From contig JBPOIE010000023.1 in assembly GCA_052034855.1 (NCBI GenBank), positions 13,534 through 77,533 on the forward strand: a stretch of DNA of 64,000 nucleotides, given 5' to 3'. The translations under genes were made by a program, and so were the position numbers. The DNA comes from Bdellovibrionota bacterium. GTDB lineage: Bacteria; Bdellovibrionota; Bdellovibrionia; Bdellovibrionales; Bdellovibrionaceae. Every line of letters starts with the position of its first letter. Position 1 is the first letter of the stretch. Below, piece by piece: positions 9,729 through 20,100 of this stretch. The notes under the pieces were generated by a model. The model ran no database searches. It worked only from the letters and a program-made list of their open reading frames with translations, and was not told where the DNA came from.

Positions 9729-11182
9729 ACCGGCACCGTAAAATCTGGTCTGTGATCACTTTGTGCTTTGTAAATACAAATTTTATTTCCACCTTTTTCA
9801 GAAATAAATTGCATCGCACTCGTCGCTGATTCATTTAGATGCTGAAGCGAATTCGCTAAAGTTGGGTACTCGCTAATCCCCTGACTGATGGTGATCTGAA
9901 GTCCTCCCTGAGTAAACTTTTCAACTTCAAGTGATTGCCTGAGACGTTCAGCTCTCAATGCAGCACCTTTTCTGTGGCAATTTGTCAGCACAAGTGAGAA
10001 TTCATTCTCTGCAGTTCGGCAAATAAAATCAGGTAATCGACTTGTAGCTTTAATCTGTAGAGCTACTTTTTTTATAATTTCATCTGCTACAGCTCGACCT
10101 TGGCTGGCTTCAATTTCTAGAAATTTATCTATTTTAATTTTAACAACTGAAAGAGGCGACAATGTTCTTTTCGATCGATCAATTTCTTTATCTAAGATTC
10201 TTTTATAAAAAAGTTCGTTATAAAAACCGGTTAAGCTATCTTCAACATCCAAAAATTTAGGTTGAGATTCATAAACTAAATTTGAATACACAAGACTCAT
10301 TAATGAAAAGTCTTCGGCAACTTCTGCGGAAATATCCTGTGGTGATACAAGAACACCTTCAACGGCCTGCTTTATGATGAGCGGTAAAAACTTAATTTTA
10401 TCGACAGCAAGTTTAACCTTTAAATAACTCAACAATCCTTCTGGCATCGAGCCACTCAATAATTGCGTAGAAAAATTTTTCTCTCGACTTGGAATTTTGT
10501 AAGATAACCCTTCAGACCAATCTTCTGGGCAGTTTGCACTGGAAACACAAATCAGTGTTTGGATAGTTGGTACGAGTTTCAAATAAATCCATGTTTGGGT
10601 CGGTGTTGCTTGATAAAATTGATCCAGAAGTTGCTCTTTTGATTCGGCCAAGCGATATGTTGATATCCGGCTCTGATATGGACGAACAACAGGACTTTGA
10701 ATTTCATTTTCAACTTTTTCCAACAAATGTAAATGGTCGTCTTTTTCTTTTTGGTAAGCTTCAAAAATCTGTTCGTTTTGATAAGTCCTGTACAATTTTT
10801 CACAAACCAAATCAACACTCATTAACAATAGCGCTGAGACGCTTTCGACAGTCCGGTCTAAAACCATGGTCAAATTATACTTTTGATAATTTTTAAAGGA
10901 CATCAAGTTCGCTGTGGGCGATAAAAAAACAAATTGAACTTCAGAAGAAATTTTTAAAAGACTGTCGATATATTCATGGAGGGGTAAAATCAGAGTTTCA
11001 ACATCAATTACGACAATATGACTCGGTGACAAATTCATCCGTAACAATAATTCAGAATGATCGGTAAAAAAATAAGCCTCGTACTTTGCTTCTGACAAAG
11101 CCAATTTACAAATAGCCCCAAGATTCGCATCCTGCGATATTATTGAAACATTAAAATCATTTGAAAAGTCACGAATATTCAC
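9725..11182 (-). CDS. Degenerate GGDEF protein, probable c-di-GMP receptor (CdgA-like)
   Basis: DSLTGFYN start of a GGDEF domain; RLPD I-site five residues before AENEF, which replaces GGDEF; receiver-like N-terminus. Confidence 0.75.
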   Translation of the reverse strand: MNIRDFSNDFNVSIISQDANLGAICKLALSEAKYEAYFFTDHSELLLRMNLSPSHIVVIDVETLILPLHEYIDSLLKISSEVQFVFLSPTANLMSFKNYQKYNLTMVLDRTVESVSALLLMSVDLVCEKLYRTYQNEQIFEAYQKEKDDHLHLLEKVENEIQSPVVRPYQSRISTYRLAESKEQLLDQFYQATPTQTWIYLKLVPTIQTLICVSSANCPEDWSEGLSYKIPSREKNFSTQLLSGSMPEGLLSYLKVKLAVDKIKFLPLIIKQAVEGVLVSPQDISAEVAEDFSLMSLVYSNLVYESQPKFLDVEDSLTGFYNELFYKRILDKEIDRSKRTLSPLSVVKIKIDKFLEIEASQGRAVADEIIKKVALQIKATSRLPDFICRTAENEFSLVLTNCHRKGAALRAERLRQSLEVEKFTQGGLQITISQGISEYPTLANSLQHLNESATSAMQFISEKGGNKICIYKAQSDHRPDFTVPV

Positions 11183-12990
11183 GATTTTTGCGGCCCTCGA
11201 ATTCGAACTTTAAATTGATCAATGGCTTTATCATTTCGACTCACTTGAATTTGCGGGTCTTCAACAATATCCAACCGAGGATCTAATTTAAACTGTGTGG
11301 TTGTAAATTCCTTTTCAAGATCAATCATTGGTTTAGTTTTTTCCAAATCAGACTCTGTATCATGATCCAAATCTAAAATTTGATCCAAGTCTAAATCTTG
11401 ATGAGTTTCCGTCGCCATATTCTCTCCTGCAATATTTTCAACCTCAGGCCCTGTCATTACAATTTGCACCAATGCACCTCCAGAAGGCACATTGACTAAA
11501 GTGATATTTCCACCGTAGCGCTGTGCAATTGATAGAGATTCAGATAGACCCAGTCCTTGGTGTTTTGATTTTTCTTTTGTTGTGTAATAGGGCTGCCAAA
11601 CTCTTTCTAGATTATCGTGTTTTAAGCCCATGCCAGAATCTTGAATTTCTACAAATGATTTTCCATCTCTATCAAATGTTCTAATTTCAATTTTTTTAAC
11701 CACGACTTCTTTGACAGCTTCGATCGCATTTTTCAAAACATTACCCAATAACTTCTTAAACCTCATCACATCGACTTCGAATTCCAATGTCGCTTTGAAA
11801 TCTTGCTGGAGACGAATACCTTGAGAAGTCATCAGCTGCTCAAGGTCAGACAGCACATCACTCAGTAAAGAGTTTAGCGACACGCGCGCGTGGTGCTCGG
11901 CAACGATCGGATCAAAAGAAAAATTTGTTGGCAGAGACATTTCTTGAGAACTTTGAACAAGCGTCTGAATAACTGGTGGATCTATAGGCTTTGGCAAAGG
12001 CGCTGCTACGGATGCCTGCGCTTTGCGAACCACCGCAACTGGCTCGGGCGCGGCGATGTCGTTCGCACTGAGTAATTGAGAACTTTCAATATTTTCACTC
12101 AGAGACTTTCTATATAATTCCTCTCGCTGAGTGGCTTTTTGCTGCTGAAGAGTTTTTTCAATAGGACGAAAAGCATAAAATAAAATTCCGACAAGAAGAC
12201 ATGCGAAACCCAAAATCAACCCGAGCAACATGAATGGTATATTGATGATCGAAATGACAGCACTCTTTGCCGTATATGAAATTATTTTTAAATTTGTTGA
12301 GCGAAGCTCCTCTGAATTTATAAAATATCTCTCGGGATTTATATTATTTTCAGCTGTCACTGTTGCAACATAGTCAGACTCTGAATGCCCCGCCACCGTA
12401 TTTAAGTCCGTCATCAAGACATGTGTCACTTTTCGAGAGCGATTGAGGTCAAACATTTTTTGAAAATAGCTTGCATCCGCAACAACTGTAACTGCTTCGG
12501 CTGACGAAGTCAGAGTCGCCCCATCTTGCAAGTAAGTCATCGCCAAATATTTATCTCCAGACTTTGTCTGAAATAGCTCAACATGAATAGGCTTCTTTGA
12601 ATATTTTTTTAAATTGAGAGCTTTTTGTAAAAACTCTTTCGTCCACCGTTCAGACTTAGAACCACTTTTGGTAAAAATAGATTTAACCGAAATTTCACCA
12701 TTTTTTGAAATATGAGTTTGAGCCAATACGGTCATAGACTCAAGCTGAACCCAATTGATTTTAGCTTCATCAATTTGATACATGTAGCCCGAAAGAATAT
12801 TCTTCAATTGACTCATCTGAGTTGATACTGAAGATTTCAAATTTGAATTTTGTTGCGACATTTGAGTTTTGACAATCTGAGATTTTTCAGTTTTGTAATA
12901 GTCATTCAGCTTAAAAATTACAAGCAGAACAAATACAAACAATATGATTGTCGTCGCATACACATTTCTTGTGACAAACTTTGTCTTCAT
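11179..12990 (-). CDS. Membrane sensor with HATPase_c domain but no recognisable H-box (pseudo histidine kinase)
   Basis: Two TM segments flanking a periplasmic domain; N box NVLKNAIEA, G1 IQDSGMGL, F box WQPYYTTK, G2 QGLGLS. A Pro/Ala-rich linker sits where the DHp is expected. Confidence 0.75.
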   Translation of the reverse strand: MKTKFVTRNVYATTIILFVFVLLVIFKLNDYYKTEKSQIVKTQMSQQNSNLKSSVSTQMSQLKNILSGYMYQIDEAKINWVQLESMTVLAQTHISKNGEISVKSIFTKSGSKSERWTKEFLQKALNLKKYSKKPIHVELFQTKSGDKYLAMTYLQDGATLTSSAEAVTVVADASYFQKMFDLNRSRKVTHVLMTDLNTVAGHSESDYVATVTAENNINPERYFINSEELRSTNLKIISYTAKSAVISIINIPFMLLGLILGFACLLVGILFYAFRPIEKTLQQQKATQREELYRKSLSENIESSQLLSANDIAAPEPVAVVRKAQASVAAPLPKPIDPPVIQTLVQSSQEMSLPTNFSFDPIVAEHHARVSLNSLLSDVLSDLEQLMTSQGIRLQQDFKATLEFEVDVMRFKKLLGNVLKNAIEAVKEVVVKKIEIRTFDRDGKSFVEIQDSGMGLKHDNLERVWQPYYTTKEKSKHQGLGLSESLSIAQRYGGNITLVNVPSGGALVQIVMTGPEVENIAGENMATETHQDLDLDQILDLDHDTESDLEKTKPMIDLEKEFTTTQFKLDPRLDIVEDPQIQVSRNDKAIDQFKVRIRGPQKS

Positions 12991-13102
12991 TTTCGAGTGG
13001 CATCCTTGCTACCTTCTATTTTAGAAGTGTTTTTGAACAGGAATCAACTTGTGAATTGATTTTTTTTGGACATTTTGTATTTTTCAAACTAACCTCTGCA
13101 GT

Positions 13103-14767
13103 ATGGGCACAAATACATCATCTTCATCCTCAGAACAGCCGGTAAATCCCCCACAAGATTTCGACATTTTAATTATCGGTTCAGGTGTTGCAGCACTGAG
13201 TATGGCCCTAAAGATTTCCAATGAAAAAACCGTTTGCTTACTCACCAAAGAATCAATTCCAGATACGAACAGCGCAATGGCTCAAGGTGGAATTGCCTCG
13301 GTTTCAGAAGCCAGTGACAGTTTCGAAAGCCACATCAAAGACACTTTGATCGCTGGAGCCGGTCTCTGCAAAATAGAGGCGGTGCGTAATATAGTCGAAC
13401 AAGCCCCTGATCGCATTCAAGATTTACTTCAATGGGGCGTGGAATTTGACTCAGATTTAACCCGTGAAGGTGGTCACTCCCATCGCCGCATTTTACACTT
13501 CGAGGACCAAACCGGCGCCGAAATTCATAAAAAATTATGGTTGTCTGTCCAGAAAAAACAAAACATTCAGGTGTTTGAAAATCACTTTGCGATCGATCTG
13601 ATCGTTAACAAACAAGTCGATCCTAACTTGATCGGTCCGACCGCCGCGCTGGGTGTTTATGCTCTAGATAAAAAAAATGATCGTGTCGAAATATTTACGG
13701 CACGAACCACAATACTCGCAACGGGTGGCGCTGGAAAAGTTTATCTCTACACCTCCAATTGGAGTGGAGCCACGGGCGACGGAATTGCGATGGCCTACAG
13801 ATCCGGCTGCCGAGTTTCAAATTTAGAATTCATGCAATTTCACCCCACTTGTTTGTATCACAAGGACTCTAGAAATTTCCTCATCACCGAAGCCATTCGT
13901 GGCGAAGGCGGTGAACTGATCAACTCTCAAGGCGAAGCCTTTATGAAAAAACATCATCATTTAGGTTCCCTCGCCCCCCGCGATATCGTCGCTCGAGGTA
14001 TCGATGCCGAAATGAAAAAAACGGGTGCGGATTGTGTCTATTTAGACATTACTCACAAGCCCATCGAATTTATCAAAACTCATTTTCCCACGATTTACTC
14101 AAAATGCCTCGAGTATGGAATCGATATGTCAAAACAACCGATCCCCGTTGTGCCCGCCGCTCATTATCTGTGCGGCGGAATCGTCACAGACACCAATGGA
14201 AAAACAGATATCGCAGGGCTTTTTGCCATTGGCGAAGTCGCAAATACCGGACTTCATGGTGCCAATCGACTGGCTTCAAATTCCCTCCTTGAATGTTTAG
14301 CCATGTCACACAACGCCAGCCTTGAAATCGAAAAAAACTGGTCATTGCATTTAACAAATAAATTGCTAAACCAAACACCCAAGCCTTGGAAAAAACCAGA
14401 AAATACCAATTCAGACGAAATGATTGTGATCAGTCACATGTGGGAAGAAATCCGGCGACTGATGTGGAATTATGTTGGCATTGTGCGCTCCACCAAAAGA
14501 CTTGAACGCGCTCAACATCGGCTGCAAAATATCACCCAAGAAGTTAAAGAGTACTATTCAAATATGAAAATCCATTCGGATATCATTGAATTGCGCAATA
14601 TTTCAATTGTTGCAGACCTTACCGTTCAATGCGCTTTGAAACGCAAAGAATCACGAGGCATCCATTATTCATTAGACTTTCCTCCAGTGAATGAAGATTT
14701 TGAATCTGATCTTGTTGATCAATGCACAACCGCCCATGATAGTATTTTACTCAGAGGTCTATCTTAG
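13103..14767 (+). CDS. nadB: L-aspartate oxidase
   Basis: IIGSGVAAL FAD motif, AQGGIA, REGGHS, LATGGAG, FMQFHPT, PAAHYLCGG, GLHGANRLASNSLLE, ESRGIHY. Confidence 0.95.
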   Translation: MGTNTSSSSSEQPVNPPQDFDILIIGSGVAALSMALKISNEKTVCLLTKESIPDTNSAMAQGGIASVSEASDSFESHIKDTLIAGAGLCKIEAVRNIVEQAPDRIQDLLQWGVEFDSDLTREGGHSHRRILHFEDQTGAEIHKKLWLSVQKKQNIQVFENHFAIDLIVNKQVDPNLIGPTAALGVYALDKKNDRVEIFTARTTILATGGAGKVYLYTSNWSGATGDGIAMAYRSGCRVSNLEFMQFHPTCLYHKDSRNFLITEAIRGEGGELINSQGEAFMKKHHHLGSLAPRDIVARGIDAEMKKTGADCVYLDITHKPIEFIKTHFPTIYSKCLEYGIDMSKQPIPVVPAAHYLCGGIVTDTNGKTDIAGLFAIGEVANTGLHGANRLASNSLLECLAMSHNASLEIEKNWSLHLTNKLLNQTPKPWKKPENTNSDEMIVISHMWEEIRRLMWNYVGIVRSTKRLERAQHRLQNITQEVKEYYSNMKIHSDIIELRNISIVADLTVQCALKRKESRGIHYSLDFPPVNEDFESDLVDQCTTAHDSILLRGLS

Positions 14768-14794
14768 GCCTAAACTCATGGCGTAGGATAATTT

Positions 14795-15184
14795 ATGTTT
14801 GAAGCCCTCAAAAAATCTGTATTTGGAATTGTAAGCTACTTTATTGTTTGTGGGGGATTGTTCTTCATTTCATTTTCAGTTTATACAAAGAAATTCCCAC
14901 CCGATCTGAAACAACTTCGGACTGGCCTTGAAAGCATCACAAAATTACCGGATTCACTCGGGGTTATTCAAAAACAACAAGAAGAACTCTTAAAAATTGA
15001 TCTCGTTGGCATCCCAAATCAAATGAATTCAACAAACGAACTCGTCAACGTCTTAAATCAAAAAATTATAATTTTTGAGACTCAAAATAATTATATGCTT
15101 CAAAAAATTTCAAGCCTTGAACAAAATCAACTCCAGCTTTTACAAAGAATTGAAAATCTAGAGCGATCTAAACACAATCACTAG
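14795..15184 (+). CDS. Small membrane-anchored coiled-coil protein, unknown function
   Basis: N-terminal TM (IVSYFIVCGGLFFISFSV) followed by Q/L/E heptad-rich tail; AGGA SD. Confidence 0.6.
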   Translation: MFEALKKSVFGIVSYFIVCGGLFFISFSVYTKKFPPDLKQLRTGLESITKLPDSLGVIQKQQEELLKIDLVGIPNQMNSTNELVNVLNQKIIIFETQNNYMLQKISSLEQNQLQLLQRIENLERSKHNH

Positions 15185-15456
15185 TCTTCTTCTTCGCCGT
15201 CTGGTACCGTGCCGCTTTTTTTGCCTTCGCACGCTTTAAGTTCATCTTTTAATAAATCTGAACAGGCGGAGTGGCAAAGATCTATACAACGAAGTCTTAA
15301 GCGATTTGCATACTCGCCTTTTCGCTCAATATAATCCATGCAGCGTTTTTTATCACAACTGGAAGCGGGACAAGCATCTTTCTCTCCGCAAGCAAAAGTC
15401 GAAATAGGTCCAGCAAATGCAGCAAATACTATGAACAATTTTAAAAATGTCTTCAT
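15181..15456 (-). CDS. Small secreted protein with 8 cysteines
   Basis: Signal peptide MKTFLKLFIVFAAFAGPISTFA, 8 Cys in about 69 residues, AGGAG SD at 15462-15466. Confidence 0.7.
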   Translation of the reverse strand: MKTFLKLFIVFAAFAGPISTFACGEKDACPASSCDKKRCMDYIERKGEYANRLRLRCIDLCHSACSDLLKDELKACEGKKSGTVPDGEEED

Positions 15457-15475
15457 CGAAACTCCTGTTGATTTC

Positions 15476-15502
15476 TTATCGGCAATCTCAACTAGACCTT
15501 AA
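15476..15502 (-). promoter_or_regulatory. Putative sigma28 (FliA) promoter for the Cys-rich protein gene
   Basis: Minus strand reads TTAA-GGTCTAGTTGAGATT-GCCGATAA: a perfect -10 GCCGATAA with a 15-nt spacer. Confidence 0.6.
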
Positions 15503-15580
15503 GAAGTTTAAATATTCTGCGATACTGTCTCGGAATGATTCGAAAGTTGACTTCAATTGGTCGTTCGCTATTCTTTAATT

Positions 15581-16462
15581 ATGTCCAAATATATTCGCTC
15601 AGAAACGTTTTTTAAAGGCTATGATCAATCCAAACTTTTTCTACAGACATGGTCGCACTCAGAAGCCATAGGAACAATTTTATTTTCACATGGACAGGCT
15701 GAACATTCAGATTGTTATCATCGATTGATTCACGGTCTTGATAAAATCAAAGATGCCCCAAAATGGAATTTTGTCGGCTGGGATATGCGTGGACATGGTC
15801 AGTCTGATGGGCTACGCGGCTTTGCCAAAGATTTTGATGAGTACGTTTTAGATTACGACTGTTTTTACCGCGAATCTTTAAAAATTGATTTCGTTCAAAA
15901 TAAAAAAATTGTTTTACTGGGACATTCCATGGGCGGATTGGTTCAAACCTGTGCTTTGAGCTCAAAAAAATATTCAACGATAAATCCACACGTCGTCGGT
16001 CAAGTTTTAAGCTCACCCCTCTTCGGTGTGGCCGTGACTGTTCCCCAATGGAAAGACATGGGCGCTAATTTCATCAATCAACTTTTACCTAAACTGACAA
16101 TGGGTAATGAATTAAACAATGAAATGTTGACGCGAGACCTTGATGTGATTCGTGAGTACGAAAAGGACACTTACCGCCACAATAAAATATCTGCAGGTGT
16201 CTACTTAGGTTTTAAACGCGAGTTTCAAAATATTCTCAGTCATGCTCAAACGATCACACTTCCAACCCTTTTGATTATGTCAGACTCCGATCCTGTGAAT
16301 TCAAGCCCTGATGCTCTCAAATTTTTCGACTCAATTGCTTCAACAAATAAATCTTTAAAAATTTTCGACGGCGCCAAGCATGAACTTTTCAACGACATCT
16401 GTCGCGAAGATGCTTTTAAAACCGTCAGTGAATTTCTTCAACAATTTGGTGGTCAATCATGA
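15581..16462 (+). CDS. Alpha/beta hydrolase, lysophospholipase/monoglyceride lipase family
   Basis: HGQAEH, DMRGHGQSDG, nucleophile elbow GHSMGG, C-terminal GAKHELFND. ATG 15581 preferred over TTG 15557. Confidence 0.85.
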   Translation: MSKYIRSETFFKGYDQSKLFLQTWSHSEAIGTILFSHGQAEHSDCYHRLIHGLDKIKDAPKWNFVGWDMRGHGQSDGLRGFAKDFDEYVLDYDCFYRESLKIDFVQNKKIVLLGHSMGGLVQTCALSSKKYSTINPHVVGQVLSSPLFGVAVTVPQWKDMGANFINQLLPKLTMGNELNNEMLTRDLDVIREYEKDTYRHNKISAGVYLGFKREFQNILSHAQTITLPTLLIMSDSDPVNSSPDALKFFDSIASTNKSLKIFDGAKHELFNDICREDAFKTVSEFLQQFGGQS

Positions 16463-17043
16463 AATTAATGTCACTTTTACTTATCACTCTTATCATCAGC
16501 TCCTGCGCAACTCAATTACCAGTCGCTGAAGGAATTAAAGAAATTTCGGTTTCTGATTATCAAGCGCTGACAGAAAAAAAGACTCAAAAAGTTGAAGTCT
16601 ACAGCGGGCTTTACAATCAAATGACTGTTTCCGCGACTCGCATGGATGGCGAAATGACAGAAGCCTACTTGTCGCATTCCGCAAGGCTATTACAATGGAG
16701 CGCAGCTCAACATCAAACTGAAAAAGCAAAAATAATTTCGCAAGGAACAGAAAAGACTGAATTTTTTGTCAGCTTTTACACTCCTGAACGAAAACACAAT
16801 GATTTATCTAGCAACAAATCAATGTGGAAAATATATTTAGATATCAATGGCCAACGTTACGAAGGCACTGCTAAGAAAATAAAATCTCAGCATATTGAAA
16901 TCGAAACGATGTATCCAAGCCACAACCGTTTTTCGAATCCTTACACTGTGACATTCCCGATCGCTGCTGCAATTGCTGATGGCAAACCGGCTGTGATGAC
17001 AATCACGGGAACATTGGCCTCAACTCAATTGAAATTTGAGTAA
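16459..17043 (+). CDS. Hypothetical lipoprotein
   Basis: Lipobox IISSC; ATGA overlap with the hydrolase stop codon. Confidence 0.7.
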   Translation: MKLMSLLLITLIISSCATQLPVAEGIKEISVSDYQALTEKKTQKVEVYSGLYNQMTVSATRMDGEMTEAYLSHSARLLQWSAAQHQTEKAKIISQGTEKTEFFVSFYTPERKHNDLSSNKSMWKIYLDINGQRYEGTAKKIKSQHIEIETMYPSHNRFSNPYTVTFPIAAAIADGKPAVMTITGTLASTQLKFE

Positions 17044-17062
17044 ATTTACAATCTCGTTAACT

Positions 17063-17138
17063 TGGTGTTCTCACCCCGACTTGAACGGGGATCGACCGTT
17101 TAGGAAACGGTAGCTCTATCCAGTTGAGCTATGAGAAC
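17063..17138 (-). tRNA. tRNA-Arg (anticodon CCU)
   Basis: 76-nt cloverleaf: acceptor GTTCTCA/TGAGAAC, D arm GCTC/GAGC, anticodon arm ACCGT-TTCCTAA-ACGGT, T arm CCCCG-TTCAAGT-CGGGG, encoded CCA. Confidence 0.96.
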
Positions 17139-17158
17139 ACTTAATCTAATAATAAAAA

Positions 17159-17188
17159 ATTATAATCCTTCTTGCCCTGCGTTTTCAA
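17159..17188 (-). promoter_or_regulatory. Putative sigma70 promoter of tRNA-Arg, embedded in the RND gene 3' end
   Basis: Minus strand reads TTGAAA-N18-TATAAT about 20 nt upstream of the tRNA 5' end; the TATAAT contains the RND stop codon. Confidence 0.55.
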
Positions 17189-20100
17189 ACGCAAGCTTAA
17201 CAGCCAATTGATTTTTTTGCTGTGTTTTGAATTTATCAAACACGACATAAATCGCAGGAATCACCACCAAAGTCAAAAACGTTGAAACCAAGACCCCAGA
17301 AATTAAAGTGATGGCCATCGACCGTGTCAACTCAGCTCCTTCTCCTGTAGCGATCGCCGTAGGAATCGCTCCGGCCACGGTTGCAAATGACGTCATTAAA
17401 ATCGGTCGAAGTCTGACGGCGCCGGCTAATTTCATAGCCTCCGTCGCTGAGATACTTTGTTGATCACGCACTTGATTGGCAAACTCAACGAGTAAAATTG
17501 AATTTTTTTTCACGATACCCATTAATAATAACACACCGATCATCGAGTAAATATTCAAAGTCTGACCTGTGATCAGTAATCCCATAAAGGCCCCACCAAT
17601 TGAAAATGGTAATGCCATCAAAATTGTGACAGGATCCAAAAATGAATTAAATTGCGAAGCTAAAATCATGTAAGCCACCACAAGTCCCAATACCAACGCA
17701 ATCACTAATCCTGAAAAGGCCTCTGTTTGCGATTGTGAGCTTCCATTATTTTCAATAATATAACCAGGTTTTAAAACCTTCTGTTTACTTTCCTCGATAA
17801 AGGCTTTTGCTTTTTCAGCCTTCACACCTTTTTCAATATTGGCATATAACGAAATTGTTCGCTGACGATTCGAGCGATTGATTTGTTGGAGCGTTTTTTG
17901 TTTTTCAAATTGAACGATACTTGAAAGAGGTAAAAAATTTCCTTTAACGTTTGAAACTAAAATATTTTCCAAAGATTTTGTTTGATCTGTCGTTTTTTCA
18001 AGATCGACGCGAATATCGTAACGTTTTCCACCGTCAGCATACTGACCTGCAACAACGCCAGAGATCATCGCATTGATTGTCTGTGCAACTGTACTAATTG
18101 TGATACCACTGGACGCTGATTTTTCACGATTAGGAATAATTTGAATTTCCGGAAGCCCCGTTAACATATTTGAATCCACATCGACCATCAAACCACTGGA
18201 TTTCATAGTCTCCATCATTTGCTCAGCTTGATCTGATAATGCATTCCAGTCAGGTCCTTTCATCGCAAACTCAATCGGAAAACCACGCCCTCCACCACCG
18301 AAACCACGTGATGTAGGATCTTGCAAACTGATACGGCCATTGCCGATCAGTTTTTTGATTTCATCACGTGCTGATTTTGAAAATTCATCCTGGCTGTTCG
18401 GACGCTCTTTTTTAGGTTTCAAAGAAATAAACATCATCGCCGTATTTGCGTCAGATCCACCGCCGAACCCACCACCAATGCTGCTGAAAACTTGCAATAC
18501 ATTTGGATTTTGCATCAACCATTTTTCAACAAGAACAGCTTTTTCATTTGTTTCAGTAAATGCCGTTCCTGTTTTCATTTGCATCCGAGCCATCAAAAGA
18601 CCTGACTCTTGTGCTGGTGTAAATTCCTTGGGAATAAACCGCATCAAACCAAAACTTGCAAACATCACAACAAAAGCCAAAACAACAGTTAATGCGATAT
18701 GATTTAAACACCAATTTAATTGTCGAGAATAAAATTTTTGAAACTGATTAAACACGCGATCAAACCAAAGACCAACTTTTGTTGTTCGTTCACTGTGACT
18801 GACGAAACTTGCACAACGCATCGGAGTAATTGTTAAAGACTCGATCAATGATAAAAACACTGCGAATGAAATTGTGATCCCGAATTGTAAAAAGAATTTA
18901 CCGATAATTCCTTTCATAAATACCACAGGTAAGAAAATCGCAATAACTGCAGCTGTAGCAGCCAAAGCAGCAAATGTGATTTCTCGGGAGCCAATAATTG
19001 CAGACTCGATTTGATTACGACCTTTTTCCTTGTAGCGGAAAATATTTTCTAGAACCATGATCGCATCATCAACAACGATACCAATCGCTAGCGTCAGACC
19101 CAACAAAGTAAATGTATTTAAAGTAAAACCTAAAAAATAAAGAGCTATGAAAGTTCCTAGTATAGATGTCGGAATCGACAACAATACATTGACTGTTGCA
19201 GAAAAACTGCCTAAAAACACCCAACAGACAAACGCCGTTAATAAAACTGCCAACAACAAATGTTTGTTCAGTTCTGCAATTGATCGTTCAATAAAAAGTG
19301 TGGAGTCAAAATTAACCTTAAACTCAAAGCCCGGCGGTAGATTTTTTTGTAACTGTGCCATGCGGTCTTTTACGGCTCTGGCCACGGCCACTGCATTTGT
19401 ACCACGTTGTTTCTTCACTCCCATGCCGACCGAAATCTGACCGTTAAATCGCGAGATCTGTTTACTATCTGCAAGATCTAATTCAACTTTAGCAACATCC
19501 GTTAAACGCACGCGCTGACTGGGATCCGCAACAGATTGCCCAGCACGTCTTGAAATAATAATTTTTTGAAAATCCGCCAGAGTACTGGCTTCACCTTTAA
19601 CACGCACGTTGTAAACCAACTTCGCGTTATCGACTTGTCCCCCCGGAAGCTCGGCATGTTCAGATTTAATCGCTTCGATCACATCCAAAATTGTGACATT
19701 GAATTTTTTTAATTTCTCGGGTTGTACTTGAACGCGTAAAACAGGATCTGAGAAACCACCTAAGGTGACATCGCCGACGCCCGTCACTGTCGTGATTTGA
19801 TCTTTTAAATACTCTTGTGTGTATTTCATCAACTCACGTCGAGCATTTTTTTGTTCATTGACAGATAGTTTTGGATCAGACGCAGCCTTTGAGACAACAC
19901 CTAACCATAAAATTGGCTGGTCATCTGGATTTGATTTACTAATGACTGGCGGATCAATGTCTTTCGGTAATCTGCGCTGGGCTTGTGAAACTTTGGTTTG
20001 AACTTCTTGTAAAGCGGCATCGATGCTGCGATCCAGATCAAATTCAATACTGACATTTCCTCGTCCACTGCGGCTGCTGGAGTCTAAACTTTTAATGCCT

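Noticed and set aside
12998-13011. TGGCATCCTTGCTA as a sigma54 promoter
   Set aside because: GG-to-GC spacing is 3 nt too short.
15485-15541. Partial GTCTC/GAGAC-like sites near 15485, 15527, 42920 and 53885
   Set aside because: Only one half-site matches or the spacer is wrong; not counted as copies of the palindrome.
17040-17160. tRNA-Arg as an integration site for an island or prophage
   Set aside because: No integrase and no duplicated tRNA 3' end elsewhere in the window; the flanks are ordinary chromosomal genes.
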